Shown: positions 1 to 8,069 of the stretch, piece after piece | Numbering within the stretch: position 1 is the first letter of the stretch | Layout: every line of letters starts with the position of its first letter | Assembly (NCBI GenBank): GCA_049282375.1 | Contig: JBAPTX010000022.1 | Coordinates: forward strand, 1 to 37,132 | Source: Calditrichia bacterium | GTDB lineage: Bacteria; Calditrichota; Calditrichia; RBG-13-44-9 | DNA: 37,132 nucleotides | Direction: 5' to 3' | Notes under the pieces: model-generated | The model's input: the letters and a program-made list of their open reading frames with translations, nothing else | What the model was told of the DNA's origin: nothing | The model's database searches: none | Position numbers and translations under genes: made by a program

Positions 1-687
1 GTTTATAAAGGGTCGTCCAAAAATATAGTGTGAATGGGGCACCAGAATAATTTCATCCGGGTGCTGCTCCAGATACTGAAAAGGGCCGAACCCCAACGGC
101 TGCACTTTCTTCAGCAGATCAAATCCGTCCTGGTCAATTCCCTGATAATAATTGCGGGAAAAAATGGGAATGTCTGTCAGTTTTTCGTCAAAACTCAGGT
201 CCTTTTGCTTTAATACAAAATTTACTTCCAGATCACCGCTGGTTTGTATGGCTTCAATATTGGAGAAATCAATTGGCCGGTTCAGAATATTTCCGCCCCA
301 TTTTTTCAGCATATTAAAGGTGAATTGAATGTCACTGTTCCGAAGGGGAATCCCATTATGAAAATTGATATTCCGTTTTATTACATACTTCCATACCCGG
401 CCCTGAGAACGGTCGTTTTTGGGGAAAATAAAACGATCCACCAAGGCAGGGATATACCCGAAGCGATCCGGCTGCTGAATCAGACCGGTGCCAAAAACCA
501 TCCGGGCAATTTGCTGCTGCACCAGGTCATTCACATCAACCGGATTTAAATAGGCCGGCATTTCAGCAACATAACCAACCGTCAACTGATCTCCAAATGC
601 TTCGGAACCTGAATAAGTGCGCTGCGCCAAACAAAAGGAAGGAAGTATCAGGGTGAATAATAAAAAGGCGATTTTCCTTACAAACAA
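1..687 (-). CDS. ABC transporter substrate-binding protein, family 5 (peptide/nickel type); N-terminal 229 codons only, 3' end lies beyond the left edge
   Basis: Absent from the ORF track because it has no stop in the window and a TTG start. My own minus-strand translation is open from TTG at 687 (GAGG about 7 nt upstream) to position 1. It gives MFVRKIAFLLFTLILPSFCLAQ (signal peptide) followed by FHNGIPLRNSDIQFTFNML and LGFGPFQYLEQHPDE, typical of family-5 solute-binding proteins. Confidence 0.7.
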   Translation of the reverse strand, partial: MFVRKIAFLLFTLILPSFCLAQRTYSGSEAFGDQLTVGYVAEMPAYLNPVDVNDLVQQQIARMVFGTGLIQQPDRFGYIPALVDRFIFPKNDRSQGRVWKYVIKRNINFHNGIPLRNSDIQFTFNMLKKWGGNILNRPIDFSNIEAIQTSGDLEVNFVLKQKDLSFDEKLTDIPIFSRNYYQGIDQDGFDLLKKVQPLGFGPFQYLEQHPDEIILVPHSHYIFGRPFIN

Positions 688-924
688 ACTGATATCCTCA
701 TTAAACAATTATAATTTTAATAAACTGAACAACCAAAATCAAATGCTTAAAAATGGGAGATGTTCTCACATACTATATTTCCCTCAGGGAACAAAATGGC
801 TTTACGATCATGTGAATGTAGGGTGCCATTTCATTTGCTATCAATTCATCCCGGTGACCGGCTTGCTTTATATCAACTTTTATTTTATATTTGGCAGCTT
901 GTAATAAATTAAACATATGGATAA

Positions 925-2541
925 ATGATGATGAAAGGCAATAACAGAGACATTCATCTAAACAACTACAAGGGTGAACCGGTTATCCGTATCGGTATAA
1001 TAGACAATCAGGATTTTATGGATTTTAAGGTTTTTGGCGAATTTTCAATCCATAATATCAATAATGAAGAGATTATATCCGGTATAGATACCCGCCTGAA
1101 ATGGCGGGTAAAAATAAAAGAAAGCAAACCCGGCCAGGAACGCTTCCACCTGGTTCTGTATGAAAGTTATCACAAAGAAATCGTGGATGAACGTTTTAAA
1201 GTTGCCCTGAAATTTGATGAAGAAGCTGAAATAAAGGAAATAGGCGGCAATATATTTCTAAACGATAAAAAAATTAACAGCAACATCAAATACCTGATTG
1301 TTTCCGGCACGTATGGTTCCGAAAGTGAAGCAAGAAAACATTTTAAAAAATTCCGTCCGGAATTTAATCCAACTGTTATTAAAGAAACATCCCGGCAGCC
1401 CCGGGGAATCCTGGAATTTTTTGATGCGGAATATGACTATTCAGGAGAAGAAAAAAACGCTTTTAAAGTGGTGCCGAAAAATGTAAATACCAAAATACGA
1501 CTTTTCGGCTTAAAACGTTATGACGATCTTTTGCAGAAAGAGCATTTTGAGGACCGGGTTTACAATGGTTCCATTGAGTTTCGCATAGACAATAATGGCA
1601 AATTAATGATTATCAGCGAAATTCCGCTGGAATCTTACCTTAAAAGAGTGGTGTATTCGGAAATCGGCAGCGACCTGCCGGTAGAATTCAGCAAAAGCCT
1701 GGCAATTGTCAGCCGGAGTGAAGTAATGGCAAGGATCGAACACAAGCACCCGGGCGATCCGTTCGATATGTGCGACTGGGGTCACTGCCTCCGCTATTAT
1801 GGCGAAGACTTCCATGATGAAAATATTGAAACAGCCGTGGAGGATACACGCGGGCAAATTATTTTTTCCGAACACAATATTTGCGATGCTTTCTTTAACC
1901 TGATTTGCGGCGGGCACACAGAAGATGCCAAAGGGGTGTGGGAAATAGATGAATCACCTCAATTTCACGGTAAATACGACTGGAAAGAAGTGCCGCCGGA
2001 ATTTGCATCTTTACAGGATGACGAAGTGGTGCGCAAATGGATTCTTTCCCGCCCGGAAGCCTGGTGCAATTTGCGGGGGCGCAATGTTCCCGCTTCGCTG
2101 GAACAATATAAAAAATATTTCAGATGGGAAGTGGATTATACCCGCAAAGAACTGGAAAAAATAATCCGCCGCAAAACCGGCGAGGATATCGGAATTATTT
2201 TCGATATCGTCCCACTGAAACGGGGCAGTTCCGGAAGATTAAAAGAAATTGAGATAATCGGCAGCCTTAAAAATTACCGTATCCGCGGTGAACTTGCAAT
2301 CCGCGAATCTCTTGCATATGAATATCTGGAAAGTTCCTGTTTTGTTATTGAAAAGGAAATGGATGAAATCGGGACGCCCATTTCGTTTACACTTGTGGGT
2401 GCAGGCCAGGGCCATGGTGTGGGAATGTGCAAAACCGGCGCGGCGGTAATGGCCATCTCCGGATACAATTGGCAGGACATTTTAAATCACTATTTCGAAA
2501 ATTGCAATATACGGAATATCTATGATCTGAAATTAGATTGA
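925..2541 (+). CDS. SpoIID/LytB domain-containing protein
   Basis: 538-aa ORF. The C-terminal GAGQGHGVGMCKTGAAVMA...YNWQDILNHYF block is the characteristic SpoIID/LytB signature. A hairpin terminator follows. Confidence 0.8.
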   Translation: MMMKGNNRDIHLNNYKGEPVIRIGIIDNQDFMDFKVFGEFSIHNINNEEIISGIDTRLKWRVKIKESKPGQERFHLVLYESYHKEIVDERFKVALKFDEEAEIKEIGGNIFLNDKKINSNIKYLIVSGTYGSESEARKHFKKFRPEFNPTVIKETSRQPRGILEFFDAEYDYSGEEKNAFKVVPKNVNTKIRLFGLKRYDDLLQKEHFEDRVYNGSIEFRIDNNGKLMIISEIPLESYLKRVVYSEIGSDLPVEFSKSLAIVSRSEVMARIEHKHPGDPFDMCDWGHCLRYYGEDFHDENIETAVEDTRGQIIFSEHNICDAFFNLICGGHTEDAKGVWEIDESPQFHGKYDWKEVPPEFASLQDDEVVRKWILSRPEAWCNLRGRNVPASLEQYKKYFRWEVDYTRKELEKIIRRKTGEDIGIIFDIVPLKRGSSGRLKEIEIIGSLKNYRIRGELAIRESLAYEYLESSCFVIEKEMDEIGTPISFTLVGAGQGHGVGMCKTGAAVMAISGYNWQDILNHYFENCNIRNIYDLKLD

Positions 2542-2565
2542 AGTACATCTTTAAATTTTTATTTG

Positions 2566-2597
2566 AAGGGGAATGCTCCGAACATTCCCCTTTTTAT
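2566..2597 (+). terminator. Rho-independent terminator after the SpoIID/LytB gene
   Basis: AAGGGGAATG / CATTCCCCTT 10-bp stem with a 7-nt loop, followed by TTTTTATTT, about 25 nt after the stop codon. Confidence 0.8.
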
Positions 2598-2625
2598 TTA
2601 ATATTCATAACATAAGGAACAAAAG

Positions 2626-3748
2626 ATGAAAGAAGATATCGTCAGCCGAATCGAAGAAATGGAAACCACTCTGGAAAATTTGCGGGGGTATCTTTGACAT
2701 TTCGGGGAAAGAACAGGAAGTTGAAAAACTGCAGAAACAGGCCAATGATCCAAATCTATGGGACGAGCCGGAACGCGCGCAGATTCTTTTAAAGACATTG
2801 AACAGTAAAAAAGAGACTGTGGATGAATGGAAAAAAAGCAAAAAAGAACTGGAAGACCTGAAAGTGCTTTTAGAACTCACTGAAGATGATAAAGATGCCA
2901 GGGAATCCATGATTGAACTGGAAAAAGAAAGCGCTTCCCTTCTGAAAAAAATCAAGAAACTTGAATTACGCGGATTACTGTCCCGGCCGCAGGATAAGAA
3001 AAATGCCATTTTAACCATACATCCGGGAGCCGGCGGTACCGAATCTCAGGATTGGGCCCAGATGCTGATGCGGATGTATTTGCGCTATGCTGATATTAAC
3101 AGCTTTAAGGCGGAAGTGCTGGATGTAATGGCCGGGGACGAAGCGGGCATCAAAAGCGCAACCCTGGAAATAAAAGGGGATTATGCATTCGGATATTTAA
3201 AAGCGGAGAGCGGGGTACACCGGCTGGTGCGAATTTCCCCATTTGATGCAAGCGGAAGACGGCATACTTCATTCGCTTCCATATTCGTGGTGCCGGAAGC
3301 CGATGAAGAAATTGAAATTGAAATAAATCCCACTGATTTGCGCATCGATACTTTTCGTGCCAGCGGCGCAGGAGGGCAGCATGTAAATCGTACGGATTCC
3401 GCCGTGCGAATTACCCATATCCCAACTAATATTGTAGTAAGTTGTCAAAGTGAGCGGTCTCAGCATAAAAACAAGGCAAATGCCATGAAAATTTTAAAAT
3501 CCCGTTTATACCAGCGCAAGCTGGAAGAGGAAGATGCTAAAAAGCGGGAGCTGGAGGACACCAAATCGGGCATTAGCTGGGGCAATCAAATCCGCTCGTA
3601 TGTTTTTCATCCCTACAATATGGTGAAAGATCACCGCACCAACCATGAAGTCGGGGATGTACAGCGGGTAATGGATGGATCTATTGATGATTTTATTTAT
3701 GCCTACTTATTGAAATCGCCTGAGCTGGAGAATCTTCCCCAATCATGA
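2626..3748 (+). CDS. prfB: Peptide chain release factor 2, expressed through a programmed +1 ribosomal frameshift (frame 0: 2626..2694; +1 frame: 2696..3748)
   Basis: The track ORF 2798..3748 contains SPF (RISPFDASGRRHTSF) and GGQ (ASGAGGQHVNRTDSAVRITHIP) motifs. ATG at 2626 encodes MKEDIVSRIEEMETTLENLRGYL and then hits TGA at 2695. Skipping T2695 continues in the frame of the track ORF as DISGKEQEVEKLQKQANDPNLWDEPERAQ, with no stops. This matches E. coli RF2 (..LRGYL*DY..VWNEPERAQ). Confidence 0.95.
2683..2698 (+). promoter_or_regulatory. prfB: prfB autoregulatory +1 frameshift site (SD-like GGGGG, then TAT CTT TGA C)
   Basis: The sequence CGGGGGTATCTTTGAC is essentially identical to the E. 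coli prfB shift site AGGGGGTATCTTTGAC. CTT is at 2692..2694 and the in-frame TGA at 2695..2697. Confidence 0.9.
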
Positions 3749-3810
3749 AAATTAAGGGGATTTTACAATAGTTGCAGGAATATTTTGAAAAGACCGGCCA
3801 TTTCAACAAA

Positions 3811-4593
3811 TCAGATTTTTTCTATACTGATTCTTCCGTTGGTGGTCTTTAAATCCAGTCTGCCGCCCCCGCCATTTATTTTGGCATCAACCTGTTTTGA
3901 ATTATATTTTCCTTTAATTTCCAGCGGAAAGTCTGTAGTAATAGTCCCGTTACTGGTTTTAGCCTGGAGATCACATTGTATTGATTCCGGTATTTGGAGG
4001 TCAATACTCCCATTTGTGGTGTGAAATTCCATATTATCGTCCGTTTTTACATTACGGAAATTTACCGACAGGCTGCCATTGGTTGTATTTGCATTAACAT
4101 TTCCGCTGATTTCATCCGCTTTAATTCTGCCGTTAGTGGTGTGCAATTCCAGCTTCCCCTCGATCCTCAGGACAGCTATTCCACCATTAGTTGAACTCAC
4201 CTGAAGATCAGAACGCAGGGGAACCTTTAATTTATAATTGATATTCACGGGATTGCCGTCCTCAAACAACCCGTTGTTTGTGGTGCCTTTTCTGGTATTT
4301 ATGCGCAAGGTGCTGTTTTCTTCCTGTACTTCAATCTGTATAGCCTTCAGGTATTCTTCCGCTTTTTCGCGGTCATCAGATTTAACTACTTTATGAGCTT
4401 CAATGGAAACTTCTTCCTTATTCCATCCCTCAATTTCTATAGAACCGTTGACATTTTCCAAAATGATAAGGCTACCGGGATTTAGCTTCACTGTTTTTTT
4501 ATAATCATCAGCCGCTTCATAGGCAAATCCCATTTGAAGCAAAATCAGTACACTTAAGAGCATACTTTTAACGAAGGAATGTTGTGTACGCAT
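3811..4593 (-). CDS. DUF4097 (putative adhesin / toastrack-like) domain protein, secreted
   Basis: 260 aa with an N-terminal hydrophobic signal (MLLSVLILLQMGFA). Contains NVNGSIEIEGW and repeated TTNG(S/R)I beta-strand motifs typical of DUF4097. The start lies 2 nt after the upstream stop, indicating an operon. Confidence 0.75.
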   Translation of the reverse strand: MRTQHSFVKSMLLSVLILLQMGFAYEAADDYKKTVKLNPGSLIILENVNGSIEIEGWNKEEVSIEAHKVVKSDDREKAEEYLKAIQIEVQEENSTLRINTRKGTTNNGLFEDGNPVNINYKLKVPLRSDLQVSSTNGGIAVLRIEGKLELHTTNGRIKADEISGNVNANTTNGSLSVNFRNVKTDDNMEFHTTNGSIDLQIPESIQCDLQAKTSNGTITTDFPLEIKGKYNSKQVDAKINGGGGRLDLKTTNGRISIEKI

Positions 4594-4595
4594 TA

Positions 4596-6338
4596 CTATT
4601 CTCCTTTTCGGTAAAGGGTAATTCCATAATGAACCGGATCATCCGGAGGCGATTCATTCCAGTTGTTATAACTGTGAGAGTCATCCGTACGGAAATTCAG
4701 CAGGTATTCTCCCGCAGGTAAATTTATAATTTCATCCACTTTCCGGTTTTTTCGGGCGCCTCCTGCCCAGTGGGTTTTATCAAAATTCATTTCCCACACT
4801 TTCCGATCCGTTTTGGCATTTTCAATCCAGCCGTAGTCATACATTTCATCCCAGTCCCCTTCCCCAATAGCATATACCCGTACCGAGGCGGCATCCTTCA
4901 GGGTAAAGTGTTCCTGAATTTGCTGTCCGTCCTGCACCCGGACAATCTGAGAAATGATATGCTTGTTAAACTCATCCTGAGAGAGTTTTTCGATGCGTTC
5001 GCCGGTATATTTTGGGTCTGCCGGGTAAACGGCGATTCCCCAAGCTGTCGGATTATAGGGATGGCCGGAATTCCAGTCCGGATAGCTGTGGGAATCATCC
5101 GTTATAAAATAAACCTGATATGAACCGGCCGGGAGCGTTATCATCTGATCAACCAGGCGGTTTTTGCCGGCCCCGCCGCCGGCGCGGGTTTTATCATATG
5201 TCATGCTCCAAACCCGCTCGCCAGTGTCTATATTTTCTATCCAGCCATAATCATACATTTCTCCTTCATCCCCTTCGCCCAATGCATATACCCGCACCTT
5301 CATCGGTTCCTTTAAAATGAAGCCTTCCTTTGCATACTCATTATTCCCAAGGCGCGTTAGATTTACAACAGGTTCAACCTGCATTTTCAAAAGCTCTTTA
5401 ACACTTGCCGGATCAAATTTACCCGCTACACCGGAAATGGTGATTCCAAAAAAATGGGGATCGTAGGGCGGGTTGGCATTCCAGTTTCCCGGCGAATGCG
5501 AATCATCAGTGATGAAATAGACCCAGTAGTCGCCCGGCTCTAAACGGATCGTCTCGCGCCATGTCCTGTTTTTATTTGCACCTCCCGCATATTTCCCTTT
5601 TCCGGGGAGCATCTCCCAAATTTTATCAACCTCCGTAGATTTGGTAATCCAGCCATAGTCGTAGGTTTCGCCTTTCAGGGCCTCGCCCACAGCATAAATC
5701 TCGAACGAACCGGGTTTTTCCAGGGTAAACCCTTCCTGGCGAAATTCGCTGTTGCTTAAATCCGTAATTGAAATTACGGCCTGTTTTTGAATTGCCTTAT
5801 GGTATTTTTCAATGGTGGCGGAACTGACAACTTCATCAACGTTGCTTATCCTGAAATGCCAGCTTCGGCTGTCTTCCTGGAACCAGTTTTCATCCCTTAA
5901 TAATTTGTCCAGCAGTCTCCCCAAACTGAAAAACCCTTCATCCCCCAGAATTCTTTCCGGTTTCCTGGAAAAATAATAGATTTCATATTCACCGGCCGGC
6001 AGCTTTATCTGCCCTTCATATTTGCGATTCAGCCGGGTTCGCCGGTTTCTCTCCGTATTTTCCACTGACATTTGCCAGACCACTTTCCGGGTTTTGGCGT
6101 TCAATATCCAGCCGTAAGCGAACATGCCGTTAGGATCAATCATCATCTCTTTTTCATGTCGTTCCTGCTGGTCGTTACCGGCACCTTCCGCATCAATCCT
6201 GACCTTCTTTTCACTTAACAGAGAGAATCCGGCAAATTGAACCTCCCCGGTATGGATATTTGTTAAAGCGACTTCCTTTTGGCCCAACACAAATGTGAAT
6301 GCGCTTAATAGAAAGAAAATGATTAAAGTGGTTTTCAT
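4596..6338 (-). CDS. Secreted protein of unknown function built from four ~136-aa repeats
   Basis: 580 aa with signal peptide MKTTLIIFFLLSAFTFVLGQ. Three well-conserved copies plus one degenerate copy of a module with consensus VYA.GEG...EMYDYGWIEN..T...VWEM.....AGGA.KNR.....I.LPAG.Y.VYF.TDDSHSY..WN..PP.DP..GI. I do not recognise the family. Confidence 0.85.
   Translation of the reverse strand: MKTTLIIFFLLSAFTFVLGQKEVALTNIHTGEVQFAGFSLLSEKKVRIDAEGAGNDQQERHEKEMMIDPNGMFAYGWILNAKTRKVVWQMSVENTERNRRTRLNRKYEGQIKLPAGEYEIYYFSRKPERILGDEGFFSLGRLLDKLLRDENWFQEDSRSWHFRISNVDEVVSSATIEKYHKAIQKQAVISITDLSNSEFRQEGFTLEKPGSFEIYAVGEALKGETYDYGWITKSTEVDKIWEMLPGKGKYAGGANKNRTWRETIRLEPGDYWVYFITDDSHSPGNWNANPPYDPHFFGITISGVAGKFDPASVKELLKMQVEPVVNLTRLGNNEYAKEGFILKEPMKVRVYALGEGDEGEMYDYGWIENIDTGERVWSMTYDKTRAGGGAGKNRLVDQMITLPAGSYQVYFITDDSHSYPDWNSGHPYNPTAWGIAVYPADPKYTGERIEKLSQDEFNKHIISQIVRVQDGQQIQEHFTLKDAASVRVYAIGEGDWDEMYDYGWIENAKTDRKVWEMNFDKTHWAGGARKNRKVDEIINLPAGEYLLNFRTDDSHSYNNWNESPPDDPVHYGITLYRKGE
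4611..5771 (-). repeat. Three tandem in-frame copies (about 408-414 nt period) of the protein module inside the 580-aa gene; a degenerate fourth copy lies at about 5844..6266
   Basis: YDYGW occurs at aa 226, 362 and 500, and DDSHS at aa 278, 414 and 552, giving offsets of 136 and 138 aa. Approximate copy coordinates are 5433..5771, 5025..5366 and 4611..4949. Confidence 0.85.
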
Positions 6339-6607
6339 AATTCCTCCTGATGACCTGCCAATTCCTTTATACCCTTCTGTTCGCTGCAGGGCGGCTGCAG
6401 AAACCTCCTGTTTAATTTAGGGTTCTCTGCATTATTTAATAAGGAAAATTTAGCAACTTCGATAAAAGTTATTTCCACATCACACATTTACGTTAGGGTT
6501 CTGCAGAAGGTTACACCAGATAATTTTAAAAGAGAGAAGCCTCAGGGCAGGTTTTAAAGGATACAACTTTTGCTGAACTGAAATGACGGCTGGATAAGTT
6601 TTACAAA

Positions 6608-6638
6608 ATAAAAAAAAGCCCTGCCGGAGCAGGGCTTC
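6608..6638 (-). terminator. Rho-independent terminator downstream of hsp20
   Basis: GCCCTGC / GCAGGGC 7-bp GC-rich stem with a 4-nt loop. On the minus strand it is followed by a run of 8 T, about 27 nt after the hsp20 stop. Confidence 0.85.
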
Positions 6639-6664
6639 TTATTTAAGCAAGTAAACTGAATCTG

Positions 6665-7114
6665 TCAGGAAACTTTCACTTCAATTTCACGGGGTTTGGA
6701 CTCTTCCGATTTAGGAAGTTTCACATTTAAAATCCCCTCCTGATAGCTGGCCGAAATCTTATCCTGTTCAATACGGGACGGCAACTGAAAAGTCCGGCAG
6801 AATTTTCCGTGGCTTCTTTCGATGCGGTGATAATTTACATCTTCTTCCTTCTTTTCAGCTTTCCTTTCTCCCTCAATTATCAGGTTCCCTTCTTTAAAGG
6901 AAATATGAATATCTTCCTTTTTCAGGCCGGGTAATTCAGCGTTAATTACAAATTCGTCCTTATTTTCGCTGATGTCCACTGAGGGATACCAGTCACTCTG
7001 TCCCATCATTTCACGGCCTTCGGTATCGGAACCGAAAAACCGTTCGAACATCCGGTTCATTTCATCCTGAATTCCCATCAAGTCCCGTGCAGGGCGCCAT
7101 CTTACAATAGCCAT
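6665..7114 (-). CDS. Hsp20/alpha-crystallin family small heat-shock protein
   Basis: 149 aa. Has W.P..D..E......I.AELPG.KKEDI and the GILNVKLPK C-terminal motif typical of IbpA/Hsp20. AAGGAGGA Shine-Dalgarno upstream. Confidence 0.9.
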   Translation of the reverse strand: MAIVRWRPARDLMGIQDEMNRMFERFFGSDTEGREMMGQSDWYPSVDISENKDEFVINAELPGLKKEDIHISFKEGNLIIEGERKAEKKEEDVNYHRIERSHGKFCRTFQLPSRIEQDKISASYQEGILNVKLPKSEESKPREIEVKVS

Positions 7115-7274
7115 TTTTAAATCCTCCTTTTAAATTTTTTTATTTCCAAATCTGTTCTATAGTATTACAAGCTCTATGCCAAAAGCATTTAGTTGATCTT
7201 ATTTACAGAATAAACAAATATTTAAAGGGAATTAATTCAGAGGAGTGCGCACAGCTCCGGTAAAAATATGACTG

Positions 7275-8063
7275 TCAACTTTTCAGAATATCTAACTGTT
7301 TGTCAAGCATCTCTTTTAACATTTTGGCATTCTGTACCGCTTTCCCCTGTGGATGGTTGTTAAAAAAGATATAGGTTTTATAGCTTTTCTGCAATACTCT
7401 TGAAATACGGATGAGCCATTCATCCATTTCCTGGGCCGTATAAAGGTAGTTGTAACGGTCATTTCCTTTACCCTGCCACCAGTCTTTGGCATTTCTTCCG
7501 TGGAAGCGGAAATAACCAAGCTCTCCGGCTACTTCCCTGGGCTTTACCAGTCCTTTTAGCTGCGGTTCATCCACATTCACATTAAAAAAACCGTTTTGCT
7601 GAAGGAATTCATATACAGGCGGAGTATCCCATGTATGATTTCTGAATTCAATAAAAAGAGGAACATTACGGCAATATTCCCGGGTCTGTAATAAATATTC
7701 CCGGTTCTCCTGCGTGTTTTTAAATGAGTATGGGAACTGACCGAGAAATCCGGCAAGTTTGCCGGAATCCGCCAGCGGCTGTATGGCTTCCTGCAGCTTT
7801 TCCACAGCCTTTTTATTCTCCCGGCGATGGTGGGTGGTTTCCTGGTTCAGTTTTACAATAAATTCAAAATCCGGCGGTGTTTTCTTCTCCATCTGGTAAA
7901 AAACTGCGGGATGGGGAATGCCGTAATAGGTTGAATTGATCTCAACTGTATTAAATTCCCTGGCATAGAAATCCAGCATTTTACCCTTAGGTAAATCCGG
8001 CGGATAATAAACCTCCCGCCAGTCCTCATAACTGTAACCGCTGGTGCCGATGCGCCAGTTCAT
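7275..8063 (-). CDS. DUF72 (YecE-like) family protein
   Basis: 262 aa. N-terminus IGTSGYSYEDWREVYYPPDLPKGKMLDFYAREFNTVEINSTYYG matches the DUF72 signature. Confidence 0.8.
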   Translation of the reverse strand: MNWRIGTSGYSYEDWREVYYPPDLPKGKMLDFYAREFNTVEINSTYYGIPHPAVFYQMEKKTPPDFEFIVKLNQETTHHRRENKKAVEKLQEAIQPLADSGKLAGFLGQFPYSFKNTQENREYLLQTREYCRNVPLFIEFRNHTWDTPPVYEFLQQNGFFNVNVDEPQLKGLVKPREVAGELGYFRFHGRNAKDWWQGKGNDRYNYLYTAQEMDEWLIRISRVLQKSYKTYIFFNNHPQGKAVQNAKMLKEMLDKQLDILKS

Positions 8064-8069
8064 GCTCCA

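Noticed and set aside
244-904. Track ORFs 244..549 (+) and 617..904 (+)
   Set aside because: The first is antisense to a clearly coding family-5 substrate-binding gene (minus strand, 1..687). The second spans that gene's start and the AT-rich divergent promoter region. Neither has a motif or RBS.
2605-3018. Minus-strand ORFs (137 aa and 66 aa) overlapping the prfB 5' region
   Set aside because: They are antisense to RF2 coding sequence and Ser/Phe-rich with low complexity. The plus strand is explained by the frameshifted prfB.
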